DNA of 64,000 bases, taken from assembly GCA_041661965.1 (NCBI GenBank), contig JBAZTH010000002.1, positions 1 to 64,000 on the forward strand, given 5' to 3'. Each line of letters opens with the position of its first letter. Position 1 is the first letter of the stretch. The DNA comes from Candidatus Margulisiibacteriota bacterium (GTDB taxonomy: Bacteria; Margulisbacteria; WOR-1; O2-12-FULL-45-9; XYB2-FULL-48-7). Position numbers and translations under genes: made by a program. This document shows, in pieces, positions 1 through 11,071 of the stretch. Under the pieces are notes generated by a model. The model made no database searches. It was not told where the DNA came from and worked only from the letters and a program-made list of their open reading frames with translations.

Positions 1-1382
1 GCCCAGAAAAAGATCGTCAGAGCACTGCCGATAATGATCATGAAAAGGACCAGTGGGTAACGGACCGCCGCTTCGATCGCCATCCATTTGCTGATCAGGA
101 GACCGAACGGCAAGGCAAGCATCGAGATCATCCCGATGATCGCGATAGTCGTCGTCACCGGCATCTTGAACATGATCCCGCTCATATCCTCGATATCGCG
201 GCTGCCGATCGTCTGCTCGATCGTACCGACGCAAAGGAAGAGCAAGGCTTTGGAGATCGCGTGGTAGCACAGGATCATGATCGCGGCGGCAAAAGCGAGC
301 GGCGTATTGATCCCGGCGCAGGCGACGATCAAGCCGAGGTTGGCGATCGTCGAATAGGCCAGGACTTTTTTCCCGTTGCTCTGGCCGATCGCCAAAGCGG
401 ACGCCCCCATAAAGGTCAAGGCGCCGATGATCGCGATAATGTTCGCCAGCGGCGTGCCGATCATCGCCGGCGCGATCCTCAATATAATGTACGAACCGGC
501 CTTGACCATGGTGCTGGAATGAAGAAGGGCGGAAACCGGGGTCGGCGCGACCATCGCCCCCAGCAGCCAGCTCTGGAACGGCAGTTGGGCTGATTTAGTA
601 AAAGAAGCCAGACAGATCAGGGCCAGCGGGATCAACAATCCAGCGCTCATAATGCCGGAAAGACTTTCTCCCCCACCCTGGTACAAAGCGAGGACCGGAG
701 CTAAGGCTAGCGCGGTCCCGCCGAAGATATTAATGTTGATCGCCCGGGTCGCGCTCTGTTTAGCTTCTTCAGTCCCATCGGTCCCGATGAGCATGAAAGA
801 GCAAAGGGTGGTCGCTTCCCAGAAGATCGCCAGCCAGCGGAAATCGTTGGCCAGGACCAGGCCGTTCATAAAGCCCAGAAAAGCGATCAGAAAAAAGAAG
901 AACTGCCCGAGCGGCGCGGCACTCTTCGGGGAATGTTCGGCATGCTTGGCCATGTAACCGATAGCGTAGATCAGGATCAGCGAACCAATGACCGAAATGA
1001 TCAAAACCAGGATGATTGACAATGGGTCGATCACAAAGGTCGCGGCCTGCTCTTCGCCATGGCGGGGATAGAATTTTTCGACCAGGGCCAGGACCAACTG
1101 AACCCCGGCCAAACCAGCAACCAGCCAGTTGCGCCGATTAACCCCTATATATATGAAAAGGGAAATTAAGGCGAGTTCGATCAGGAAAGCCGGACCGGCG
1201 TAAGAAGCCGACAAAGAGAAGTTAAACGAACCCTGGAAAGGGAGAAGCAAGCCGAAAACAGCGGTCACCACCGCCGCGGCAATAATCAAGAAGTTGCGCA
1301 AGAGCGGGCCCTTGGCAAAATAGGCGGCCAGACCAAAAGCGATCGGCCCCAAAATTAGGAACGATAAAATCAGACCTTGCAC
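1..1382 (-). CDS. Complex I NuoL/M/N - Mrp MnhD-family antiporter-like membrane subunit (C-terminus lies left of the window)
   Basis: Reverse-strand translation from GTG (~1382) gives a polytopic hydrophobic protein (VQGLILSFLILGPIAFGLAAYF...AYSTIANLGLIVACAGINTPLAFAAAIMILCYHAISKALLFLCVG) typical of proton-pumping antiporter-like subunits. RBS GGAAAGG upstream. Not in the ORF track because it runs off the window edge. Confidence 0.7.
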   Translation of the reverse strand, partial: MQGLILSFLILGPIAFGLAAYFAKGPLLRNFLIIAAAVVTAVFGLLLPFQGSFNFSLSASYAGPAFLIELALISLFIYIGVNRRNWLVAGLAGVQLVLALVEKFYPRHGEEQAATFVIDPLSIILVLIISVIGSLILIYAIGYMAKHAEHSPKSAAPLGQFFFFLIAFLGFMNGLVLANDFRWLAIFWEATTLCSFMLIGTDGTEEAKQSATRAININIFGGTALALAPVLALYQGGGESLSGIMSAGLLIPLALICLASFTKSAQLPFQSWLLGAMVAPTPVSALLHSSTMVKAGSYIILRIAPAMIGTPLANIIAIIGALTFMGASALAIGQSNGKKVLAYSTIANLGLIVACAGINTPLAFAAAIMILCYHAISKALLFLCVGTIEQTIGSRDIEDMSGIMFKMPVTTTIAIIGMISMLALPFGLLISKWMAIEAAVRYPLVLFMIIIGSALTIFFW

Positions 1383-1473
1383 TAACAATTACCTTTCTTA
1401 ATTAAAAATTATGACTGCCTAATTATTAAGCAGCCATTCCCCATCGCAGGCACACAAGGGGCAATTGTAATGC

Positions 1474-1520
1474 CAAGACGGCCAATTGTCAACGCCGGGA
1501 AAGGCCGTCTTGTGTTTTGT
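1474..1520 (+). promoter_or_regulatory. Perfect 10-bp stem hairpin (CAAGACGGCC-N19-GGCCGTCTTG) followed by TGTTTTGT, in the hppA 5' region
   Basis: Inverted repeat read directly. Terminator/attenuator-like placement in a divergent intergenic region ~70 nt upstream of hppA. Confidence 0.35.
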
Positions 1521-1587
1521 CCGCTAATTTGTTAAAATAAATTGGCTTTTCTTGGGGCTTAATTTTAATTTTCGAAAGGAGAAAAAA

Positions 1588-3843
1588 ATGTCTGAATCAA
1601 ATGTTGTGCTTCCGGCCCTGCGAATGGTTGAAATGAATCTGCTCTGGTTCGTCTTCGGTTCCGCTATCATCGCTATCTTGTACGGGATCTATCTCGCTTG
1701 GAAGGTGCTCGACGCCCCGGCCGGCTCCAAAGAAATGGTGGAGGTCGCCAAAGCGATTCAGGACGGCTCCAGCGCCTATCTTTCCCGCCAATTCAAGGTC
1801 ATGGGGATTTTTATCGCCTTGATCGGCATCGCCCTGTACTTCATTTACCTGCCGGTTTACGCCGGTAATCCAACCCTCCCGCTGGGGATCGCGATCGCCT
1901 TCTTGCTCGGTTCGATCGCCTCGGCCGGCGCCGGTTATGTCGGCATGAGCTTGGCGGTCCGGGCCAATGTTCGCGTAGCCAACGCCGCGTTGACCAGCTT
2001 TAAAAAAGCACTGGAAGTCGCCTTCCAGGCCGGGACGGTTTCCGGCATGTTCACCGTCGGCTTCGGCCTGCTCGGCGCAACGGCAATTTTCTTGATCTTC
2101 CGCGAGAACGCGATGAAAGTTCTCGTCGGCTTCGGTTTCGGTGGATGTTTGGTCGCCCTATTCATGAGAATCGGCGGCGGCATCTACACCAAAGCGGCTG
2201 ACGTCGGCGCCGACCTCGTCGGTAAAGTCGAACAGAACATCCCGGAAGATGACGCCCGCAACGCGGCGGTCATTGCCGATAACGTCGGCGACAACGTCGG
2301 CGACTGCGCCGGTATGGCGGCGGACGTGTTCGAAAGCTATGAAGTCACCCTCGTCGCGGCGATCATCCTTGGCGCCGCCACTCTGGCCGACAAGCAATTC
2401 CAGCTTTACTACGGCGCCGCGGCCTCGCTAATGGCCCTCAAGCTGATCGTTTATCCGCTCCTCGTCCGCGCGATCGGAGTTTTCGCTTCGATCATCGGGA
2501 CCTGGGCGGTCCGCGGTGAAGATACTGAAGAGATCGGCGACCCGATGAAACCGATCAACTTCGGCTTCTATGTCGCGGCCATCTCCTCGATCATCGGCTT
2601 TGTGACCGTCAATTACTTCTATCTAAAAGACCCTAAGACCGGCCTCCCCGACTGGCGCTTCTCGCTGGCCACCCTGGTCGGTATCATCCTGGCGATCACC
2701 ATCGAAGCGATGACCAACTACTTCACGCATACGGAACACCGGCCGGTCAAAGAGACCGCGCATTCGGCCAAGACCGGTTCCGCGACCACGATCCTGACCG
2801 GTTTCGGCCTCGGGCTTGAATCGTCCTTCTGGGCGATCATCGCCATCGCCGCCACGATCTTCGCCTCCATGGCGATCTTCGGCGGCAACGTCGCTCTTTC
2901 CGCTTACGGCGTCGCGCTGGCCGGCCTGGGGCTACTCACCACCACCGGCTTCATTCTGGCGATGGACACCTACGGCCCGATCGCCGATAACGCCAACGGT
3001 ATTTTTGAAATGTCCGGCACCTATCGCGGACAGGGGAGCCGCGCCGAAAAGATCGTTTCCAAGCTTGACGCGGTCGGCAACACGACCAAAGCGCTGACCA
3101 AGGGTTTTGCCATCGCGACCGCGGTTATCGCCGCGATCGCCCTTTTCCGCTCCTTCGTGGAAGAAGGCGGCTTGATCGCGACCGGCATTCAGATCAATTC
3201 ACCCGATGTTTTCATCGGCCTGCTGATCGGCGGTTCGATCCCGGTCCTCTTCTCTTCATTCCTGATCAGAGCGGTCAGTAAAGCGGCGATCACCGTCGTG
3301 GAAGAAGTTCGCCGGCAGTTCCGCGAGATCCCCGGCATTATGCAAAGAAAGAACAAACCGGAATACGATAAATGCGTTGACATCGTCACCATCGCCGCGC
3401 AGAGAGAACTGATCGGCCCGGCAATCCTAGCGGTTGTCTCCCCGATCATCGTCGCGTTTGCTTTCGGCACCGCAGCTTTGGGGGGCTTCCTGGTCGGAGC
3501 GATCATAGTCGGACAGATCATGGCCGTGCTCCTCTCCAACTCCGGCGCGATCTGGGACAATGCTAAAAAAGTGATCGAAATGGGCTTGCATGGCGGCAAA
3601 GGAAGCGAAGCTCACAAAGCCTCGGTCATCGGCGATACCGTCGGCGATCCGTTCAAAGATACTGCCGGTCCGGCGCTCAATCCGCTGATCAAGGTCATGA
3701 ACCTGGTCGCGATCCTGATCCTGCCGCTCACCGTGCAGAACCTGGGCTTCGAGATCAAGACGATCATCGTTACCGTCGGCCTGCTGCTGATCCTGTTCGC
3801 GATGTGGATGAACAAAAGCGGCAGTACGCTCAAAGAAGAATAA
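1588..3843 (+). CDS. hppA: Membrane-bound proton-translocating pyrophosphatase (V-type H+-PPase)
   Basis: 756-aa polytopic protein with hallmark GGIYTKAADVGADLVGKVE and DNVGDNVGD motifs. Preferred start is ATG 1588 behind RBS AAGGAGAAAAAA (ORF track starts at 1552). Confidence 0.95.
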   Translation: MSESNVVLPALRMVEMNLLWFVFGSAIIAILYGIYLAWKVLDAPAGSKEMVEVAKAIQDGSSAYLSRQFKVMGIFIALIGIALYFIYLPVYAGNPTLPLGIAIAFLLGSIASAGAGYVGMSLAVRANVRVANAALTSFKKALEVAFQAGTVSGMFTVGFGLLGATAIFLIFRENAMKVLVGFGFGGCLVALFMRIGGGIYTKAADVGADLVGKVEQNIPEDDARNAAVIADNVGDNVGDCAGMAADVFESYEVTLVAAIILGAATLADKQFQLYYGAAASLMALKLIVYPLLVRAIGVFASIIGTWAVRGEDTEEIGDPMKPINFGFYVAAISSIIGFVTVNYFYLKDPKTGLPDWRFSLATLVGIILAITIEAMTNYFTHTEHRPVKETAHSAKTGSATTILTGFGLGLESSFWAIIAIAATIFASMAIFGGNVALSAYGVALAGLGLLTTTGFILAMDTYGPIADNANGIFEMSGTYRGQGSRAEKIVSKLDAVGNTTKALTKGFAIATAVIAAIALFRSFVEEGGLIATGIQINSPDVFIGLLIGGSIPVLFSSFLIRAVSKAAITVVEEVRRQFREIPGIMQRKNKPEYDKCVDIVTIAAQRELIGPAILAVVSPIIVAFAFGTAALGGFLVGAIIVGQIMAVLLSNSGAIWDNAKKVIEMGLHGGKGSEAHKASVIGDTVGDPFKDTAGPALNPLIKVMNLVAILILPLTVQNLGFEIKTIIVTVGLLLILFAMWMNKSGSTLKEE

Positions 3844-3874
3844 TCCTGGGCCCAATTAAAAGGTTATTAGGGGC

Positions 3875-3947
<73 letters not shown>

Positions 3948-3955
3948 AACCTTGG

Positions 3956-4029
3956 GGGCCCGTAGCTCAGTTGGATAGAGCAACGGATTTCTAATCCGTA
4001 GGTCGGAGGTTCGATCCCTCTCGGGCCCG
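3956..4029 (+). tRNA. tRNA-Arg (anticodon TCT)
   Basis: Acceptor GGGCCCG/CGGGCCC, anticodon stem ACGGA/TCCGT with loop TTTCTAA, T-loop TTCGATC. Confidence 0.9.
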
Positions 4030-4043
4030 TTTCCTATCCACAA

Positions 4044-4125
4044 GGGCGAGTGGTGGAACTGGCAGACACGCATGGCTTAGGACCATGTGCCGTAAGGCTT
4101 GGAGGTTCAAATCCTCTCTCGCCCA
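4044..4125 (+). tRNA. tRNA-Leu (anticodon TAG), class II with long variable arm
   Basis: Acceptor GGGCGAG/CTCGCCC, anticodon loop CTTAGGA, variable stem-loop GCC-GTAA-GGC, T-loop TTCAAAT. Confidence 0.85.
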
Positions 4126-4130
4126 TTTGA

Positions 4131-4215
4131 ATTATCGAGGCAGACACCCGGTTCTGCGCCGAAGGCGCATCCGCCTTTGGCGGAAACTCCTGTCCTCGGC
4201 ATATCCGTCTAGGTT
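4131..4215 (+). other. Structured intergenic element of three nested hairpins between tRNA-Leu and tRNA-Lys; unknown (tRNA remnant or small RNA?)
   Basis: CGAGGCAG...CTGTCCTCG outer pairing, GCGCC-GAA-GGCGC and CCGCC-TTTG-GCGG inner hairpins. No canonical cloverleaf. Confidence 0.2.
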
Positions 4216-4219
4216 TTAA

Positions 4220-5721
<1,502 letters not shown>

Positions 5722-5907
5722 TTTCCTCCTTTATTTGAGATCAAATACTTAAGCTCTTTTATCAAAACTTGCTGGGCGTTCATGCTATTAAGTTTTTGGA
5801 TGTAAGCCAAGAACTTATTGCACTCGACCTTTTGGGCCATACTACAGATAACCCCGGCTTGCCTCTTGTCGCAATAACAGCAAGGGTGAATTGGATAAAA
5901 CGGCATA

Positions 5908-6453
5908 CTAAAACACCTCCCTGCCTGCCGGTATGGCAGGCTTGTTTAAAACGAAGCAATGACTGGCGAGATCAGCGGGCAATGAGGCCCCACCGCCGCA
6001 GAGAAACACATAAACCGGAATGCCGCGCCTGACTGCCTGACGCACCGTGAACAGCGTGCCCCGGGACGAACCATGCAGGAAAGCAACCAGGCACGAGCAG
6101 GCAGAGATAAGCCGCTGATTGCGCCCCAGAAGCGCGGAGACCGCCTGCTGCCGCGCCGCGCCGGGAGAAGCCGAACCCCAAACCACCTGACCACCAGCGG
6201 CCAGAAAACGCCCAACCGAGGGACGGACCGAGACCGGAAACCCGCCAGCCGAAGACCAAGCCGAGAAGACCACCCCCGAAGCAGATGCCCCCTGCTCAAC
6301 CAGGGCGGAAAGGGCGAACTGATCAGCCCCAACTGCGCCACCGGAGGCCACCAGGAAGCCACGAGCCCGGAACGCGGAGACCAAAGAGGCAACGAACGGG
6401 GAAAAAGAAGCGGGAAGCGAGCGGGAACCAACGAAACCAGCAATGCGAGACAT
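5908..6453 (-). CDS. DprA/Smf-like Rossmann-fold protein (DNA-processing family, short form)
   Basis: GGAVGADQFALSALVEQGA and GSSRGTLFTVRQAVRRGIPVYVF resemble the DprA Rossmann domain. Preferred start is the second ATG (MSRIAGF) behind RBS GGAGGTG. The gene is GC-rich, unlike the adjacent AT-rich recombinase. Confidence 0.45.
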   Translation of the reverse strand: MSRIAGFVGSRSLPASFSPFVASLVSAFRARGFLVASGGAVGADQFALSALVEQGASASGVVFSAWSSAGGFPVSVRPSVGRFLAAGGQVVWGSASPGAARQQAVSALLGRNQRLISACSCLVAFLHGSSRGTLFTVRQAVRRGIPVYVFLCGGGASLPADLASHCFVLNKPAIPAGREVF

Positions 6454-6515
6454 ATGAGCCACCTCCTGAAACAAGATGAAATGGACCTAGCATTTTTTTC
6501 TTCCTGTCACCCGGA

Positions 6516-6549
6516 GCACATATGCGAGTTAGATGCCGAGCATATGTGC
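6516..6549. promoter_or_regulatory. Palindrome GCACATATGC-N14-GCATATGTGC upstream of the DprA-like/recombinase transcription unit (candidate operator)
   Basis: Perfect 10-bp arms read directly, ~60 bp upstream of the DprA-like start on the minus strand. Confidence 0.3.
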
Positions 6550-6788
6550 GGAGGGCGCGGAGGAGGCAAAATATTACTCGATACCTCGAATATGATATTT
6601 TGCCGACGTAGCAGAGGGGCGCGAGCTACCTTAGAAGGCTTAGCGGCTCAAATGATGTATATCAGCGAACGACCCCTTGACAGGAAAGAAGAAAAAAATG
6701 CTATCATGAGAAAGCTGGAGAAAGAAAAAAAGGCATAAAAAGGCACAGCGAAAAGTGGCATTTAATTCGAAAGAGGCATAGAAGGCAA

Positions 6789-6950
6789 TATTGTATTCCG
6801 ATAGCGTCGATGCCGCCTCCGGCCCGCTGCGCGACCCTGCGGCGGAAGGGGATTTTTCGGCCGATCATAATAATAGGGCGGCTTGTCGGCAACATTCGTC
6901 GCCTCCAAGCCGCCCAACATCAGCGATGGTTCGCTGTAAAGGGAAAATGC
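6789..6950. repeat. IR-R: right copy of the perfect 162-bp inverted repeat
   Basis: Reverse complement of 4290-4451. Confidence 0.9.
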
Positions 6951-7092
6951 CTCGACCCTCTGGCTCTCAAACCATTCAGTGCCGCGCTAGCCAGCTGATT
7001 ATACCCAGCCCATTCATGGATGCCTTTGTCTTCTTCCCTCCCATAGCGGGCGCGTACATTCAGCCCCATTCAGATAGATGCGCGCCCGCTAT
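6951..7092 (-). promoter_or_regulatory. Cassette copy A: inverted promoter+leader (-10 TATAAT at 7003..6998, -35 AGGCAT at 7025..7020, minus strand) fused to a 12-bp-stem hairpin (7043-7092) upstream of parB-like gene 1
   Basis: Homologous to 12276-12460 and 17972-18090. The leader ends ...GGGTCGAGGCA exactly at the IR-R boundary. The hairpin is ATAGCGGGCGCG-N25-CGCGCCCGCTAT. Confidence 0.55.
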
Positions 7093-7165
7093 CGCCAGAA
7101 TATACTATAAAAACAATAAAATAGTTGTATAATAACTGTTAATTGTTATGCTTAGGAGGTCAACC

Positions 7166-8167
7166 ATGAAATACGACAGATTGCCCATCTCACAAATAGA
7201 ACTGGACAAAACAAACCCACGAATCGCACACTGGCTCAAGATGTACACCGATGTATCGCAAGAACAATTATATTTAGCCCTGGGCGTTGCAGAGCCCGGG
7301 AGTGCAGAGGCTGGCCCAAGTTTTTTCAGCTTAAAAGAAGCTATTAAAACAAATAATGGCGTTATTCATCCTATATTAGTGAATAAAAAAAGTAATGGGA
7401 AATATATGGTGATTGAAGGCAATACAAGATTAGCAATTTACATGGATTTTCAAAAAAATAAAGTGGATGGCGACTGGACAACAATACCTTGCATTATTCA
7501 TGAAAATTTAAGTGAGGCCCAAGTTGATGCAATAAGGCTACAAGCGCATTTAGTTGGTGTTCGTCAATGGCAACCATACGCAAAAGCAAGATACCTTAAA
7601 CATTTAAGGGATAGCGAGCATCTTACTTGGAATCAAGTTGTTGACTATTGTGGGGGAAAATCAAAGGAAAACCAAGAGTTGATCGCGGCATACGAAGACA
7701 TGGAGCAATATTACAGAAAAGTACTTGAAGACGATAGTTCATTTGACGAAACAAGATTTAGCGCTTTCGTTGAGCTACAGAAGCCAAGAATAAAGGAAGC
7801 AATTATTAATTCTGGAAACAACCTTAATGATTTTTCTATATGGGTCCGTGACAGGAAAATATCGAGGTTGGAAAACGTCAGGAGGCTCCCCGCAATATTG
7901 TCAGATAAACGAGCAAAAGAACTATTTATGACTAGAGGGGACAAAGCGGCCCTAGCGCTTATCGATTCGGCAATAATTCAAACCGACCAAAGCAGCCTGT
8001 CCTTGATACAGGTTGCCAAACTGCTTTCTGAGAAACTTAGGAAAATTAACTTCGAGGAAATCACAAGGTACAAAGAAGACGCATCCTCCCCTGAATTGGA
8101 AGCATTGCTAGAAACGAAAGATGAGCTGATCTCCTTTTCCAATTTAATCAAGGGGAGTGAGCAATAA
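7166..8167 (+). CDS. ParB/Srx-like N-terminal-domain protein (ParB-like nuclease/NTPase fold), copy 1
   Basis: IHPILVNKK...VIEGNTRLAIY matches the ParB/sulfiredoxin core (GxxR). RBS TAGGAGGT before ATG 7166. First gene of a 5-gene overlapping operon. Confidence 0.55.
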   Translation: MKYDRLPISQIELDKTNPRIAHWLKMYTDVSQEQLYLALGVAEPGSAEAGPSFFSLKEAIKTNNGVIHPILVNKKSNGKYMVIEGNTRLAIYMDFQKNKVDGDWTTIPCIIHENLSEAQVDAIRLQAHLVGVRQWQPYAKARYLKHLRDSEHLTWNQVVDYCGGKSKENQELIAAYEDMEQYYRKVLEDDSSFDETRFSAFVELQKPRIKEAIINSGNNLNDFSIWVRDRKISRLENVRRLPAILSDKRAKELFMTRGDKAALALIDSAIIQTDQSSLSLIQVAKLLSEKLRKINFEEITRYKEDASSPELEALLETKDELISFSNLIKGSEQ

Positions 8168-8579
8168 TTTGCCCGAATCGACTACGCATAAAACGCTGGT
8201 TGGCGCAATCGTAAAATGGGTACACAAATACTACAATGAAGAAATGATCTTATACGTCGATTCCGAAAACGCAATGTTCACCGACGAGCTCCCTCCCTCA
8301 ATAAACACTTGCAAGCCGGATGTATTTGCTCAAGGAAGAAAAAGTAAAAATATTGTTATTGGCGAAGCGAAAACAACCCAAATAGACCTGGAGTCCGATC
8401 ATTCAGAAATTCAATTTACCGCCTATTTAGAATACTGCAAAAAGAACAGCGATTGCAAATTGGTAGTTGCAACCCCGCTTAATATAATTAATTGCGCAAA
8501 ATCAATAATCGATGTGTTGAAGAAAAAGCTGCATTGTGAACAAGTCCACACAGAAATGATTAACCCATTATATTATTAA
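8157..8579 (+). CDS. Small PD-(D/E)xK-like nuclease-fold protein (140 aa)
   Basis: CKPDVF...NIVIGEAKT fits the PD-(D/E)xK core motif. GTG start overlaps the parB1 stop, suggesting translational coupling. Confidence 0.4.
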   Translation: MSNNLPESTTHKTLVGAIVKWVHKYYNEEMILYVDSENAMFTDELPPSINTCKPDVFAQGRKSKNIVIGEAKTTQIDLESDHSEIQFTAYLEYCKKNSDCKLVVATPLNIINCAKSIIDVLKKKLHCEQVHTEMINPLYY

Positions 8580-8582
8580 TTT

Positions 8583-10055
8583 ATGCAAATAATAAACCTT
8601 GACAAGGAGCCCAATATTAATCCAAAGTTCAAGGCTTTCCCATACCAAGATCAGGCCGTTAAGACCGTTTGCGACCTAGAATATGCTGCAATATTTCACG
8701 AACAAGGCCTTGGAAAATCAAAAATTGCAATTGATGTAATGCTCTATTGGCTAGAACATAAATACGTAGACACTGTATTATTTGTAGTCAAAAAGGGATT
8801 AATAAGCAATTGGCAAAAAGAGTTTTCTGCGCACAGCCATATTCGACCAAGATTAATCACTCAAAACAAAAGATCAAATTATTTCGCTTTTAATAGCCCT
8901 TCTCGCCTTATGATTACTCACTACGAAGCGATAAAAACAGAAAAAGAAAGATTTAAGTTGTTTCTCAAAACAAGGACCGTGGCCGTTATCCTGGACGAGT
9001 CAACAAAGATAAAAAATCACAAATCTGGAGTATCGAAAGCGCTATTCGAACTAGCCCCATTATTTCATAAAAGAATAATAATGACAGGACTGCCTGTGGC
9101 AAATCGACCATATGATATTTGGTCGCAAATATATTTTCTAGATCGTGGGATGAGTTTGGGAGATGCCTTTGATGAATTTAAGGCAAATACTGACCTTGAT
9201 AAGGGGTTAAAAGACTCTAAGAAGAGACAAGGGGCGTTCGAAGACTACTTATCCGATATTTTTAATAAAATATCAGGGTTTACCGTAAGAGAAACGAAAA
9301 GCAGTGGCGTCATTAAATTACCAGATAAAATATTTGAAAACATTATTACTTCTTGGGAGCCAAAACAATATGATTTGTATAGGGATATACGCGACAGCAT
9401 GAAGGCTATTGTGGTGAAGGAAGGCATCCCCCAAGAAGAAGACGCCGAGATGATCTTGAAAAGGTTATTACGATTGATTCAAATCGCATCCAACCCAAAA
9501 CTAGTAGACGAAAAATACTCAGAAGAGCCTGGTAAATGCCCATATTTATACGAGCTTGTTTTAAATATATGTCGGAAAAATGAAAAATGCATTGTATGGA
9601 CAACTTTTACTGAAAATGCTGACCAGTTATTTGTTTATCTCAAGGAATTTAACCCAAGAAAAGTGCACGGGAAAATGCCTATTGTCGATCGAAATTGCTC
9701 TATTGATGAATTTATTAAAGAGAAAGACGTGAAGGTGTTGATAGCCACCCCCGGAGCGGCTAAGGAGGGCTTAACATTAACGGTCGCGAATCATGCGATC
9801 TTTTATGATAGGTCCTTCAGCTTAGATGATTATTCTCAGGCCCAAGATAGAATCCATAGAATATCGCAAACAAAAAAGTGCTACGTGTACAATCTGATCA
9901 TGGAAGACTCTGTGGATTTATGGATAGATGCATTATTGCGGGCAAAAGAACTATCGGCAAAACTAACCCATGGAGATATATCGAAAGAATATTTTAGCAG
10001 CCAAATATCATATTCATTTATTGATATCTTCAAGGAAGCTCTGAACATTAAATAA
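8583..10055 (+). CDS. SNF2-family helicase (compact, 490 aa)
   Basis: Motifs: I GLGKSK, II ILDEST, III MTGLPVANRPYDIWSQIYFLD, VI QAQDRIHRISQTK. Confidence 0.85.
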   Translation: MQIINLDKEPNINPKFKAFPYQDQAVKTVCDLEYAAIFHEQGLGKSKIAIDVMLYWLEHKYVDTVLFVVKKGLISNWQKEFSAHSHIRPRLITQNKRSNYFAFNSPSRLMITHYEAIKTEKERFKLFLKTRTVAVILDESTKIKNHKSGVSKALFELAPLFHKRIIMTGLPVANRPYDIWSQIYFLDRGMSLGDAFDEFKANTDLDKGLKDSKKRQGAFEDYLSDIFNKISGFTVRETKSSGVIKLPDKIFENIITSWEPKQYDLYRDIRDSMKAIVVKEGIPQEEDAEMILKRLLRLIQIASNPKLVDEKYSEEPGKCPYLYELVLNICRKNEKCIVWTTFTENADQLFVYLKEFNPRKVHGKMPIVDRNCSIDEFIKEKDVKVLIATPGAAKEGLTLTVANHAIFYDRSFSLDDYSQAQDRIHRISQTKKCYVYNLIMEDSVDLWIDALLRAKELSAKLTHGDISKEYFSSQISYSFIDIFKEALNIK

Positions 10056-10069
10056 CAGGGGGGCTGGTC

Positions 10070-11071
10070 ATGAAAAAAGATGTTTTTACAAAAGACTATA
10101 TAACAATCAGTGGAAAAGAGATAGAAGTTGAATCTGGGTTCATCAATCATGAAAAGCTTAAATATTACGCGGATAATCCTAGGATATATTCGATTATATA
10201 TGCGGGAGAAAAATCGCTTAGCCAAAACGAAATAGAAGAAAGGCTATCCGACAAAGAACATGTTCGTTTATTGATTCAATCGATAAAGGCAAATGGAGGG
10301 TTGACCGACCCCATTATTGTCAGAGGTGGGGACTTTGTTGTGTTAGAAGGAAATAGCCGATTAGCTGCTTATAGAACTTTATCAAAAAAGGACCCTATCC
10401 AGTGGGGAAAGATAAAATGCAAGATTCTCCCTCATGATATAAGTAACGATCTGGTGTTCACCCTTTTAGGCGAATATCATATAATTGGGAGAAAGGATTG
10501 GCAGCCATATGAACAGGCTGGCTATCTATATAGAAGGCATAAGCTTCAAAAGGTCTCCTTAGAGAAGATACAGCACGAATTAGGCTTAAAGAAAAGCGAA
10601 ATGGAACATCTCGTTGAAGTATATGAGTTTATGTTTACCCACAACGACACAGACATAAATCATTGGAGTTATTATGAGGAATATCTTAAATCAAGAGACA
10701 TTAGCAGGGCAAGAGAAACACATAGTGATTTCGATCATTCAATTGTTTGTAAGATCAAAGTCGGCGAAATCACTAAAGCCATAGATATCAGAGATAAATT
10801 AGTCCCCATTTCAAAATCAACCCCCAAAATAATAAAAGGATTCATTTCTGGCAAAATCAAATTTGAGGATGCTTACGAGAGAGCATATGCCGGGGGTGCT
10901 GGGAATGCGGTGTTTGAAAAATTGCATAGATTCCGAGAGTGGCTAGCTAATTCAAGTATCGAAGAGGATATTATTGATAATGGGGATCAGCTAGTTAAAA
11001 AGTGCATATTTGAGCTCGGAAAGATTAGTAAGCGCTCGGACGATATTCTGAATAAAATTAATAAGACATGA
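10070..11071 (+). CDS. ParB/Srx-like N-terminal-domain protein, copy 2
   Basis: DPIIVRGGDFVVLEGNSRLAAYRT is a ParB-like core. A paralog of 7166-8167 (shared EGN(T/S)RLA motif). Confidence 0.55.
   Translation: MKKDVFTKDYITISGKEIEVESGFINHEKLKYYADNPRIYSIIYAGEKSLSQNEIEERLSDKEHVRLLIQSIKANGGLTDPIIVRGGDFVVLEGNSRLAAYRTLSKKDPIQWGKIKCKILPHDISNDLVFTLLGEYHIIGRKDWQPYEQAGYLYRRHKLQKVSLEKIQHELGLKKSEMEHLVEVYEFMFTHNDTDINHWSYYEEYLKSRDISRARETHSDFDHSIVCKIKVGEITKAIDIRDKLVPISKSTPKIIKGFISGKIKFEDAYERAYAGGAGNAVFEKLHRFREWLANSSIEEDIIDNGDQLVKKCIFELGKISKRSDDILNKINKT

Noticed and set aside
261-957. ORFs 261-593 and 652-957 on the + strand
   Set aside because: They lie antisense within the hydrophobic antiporter-subunit gene, have Arg/Gly/Asp-rich high-GC artefact composition, and no RBS.
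4131-4215. A fifth tRNA gene in the array
   Set aside because: Hairpins are present but no 7-bp acceptor stem, T-loop GTTC motif or anticodon arm of standard geometry could be drawn.
5946-6738. Overlapping ORFs 5946-6443(-), 5972-6259(-), 6073-6738(+), 6285-6479(+)
   Set aside because: These are alternative frames or the antisense of the GC-rich DprA-like gene. Their products are low-complexity R/P/G-rich, whereas the DprA-like frame has a Rossmann motif and an RBS.
6791-7132. TTG-start ORF 6791-7132(+) and ORF 6810-6998(+)
   Set aside because: They read through IR-R, the inverted leader, the promoter and the hairpin, and duplicate the recombinase read-through tail. This is non-coding cassette sequence.
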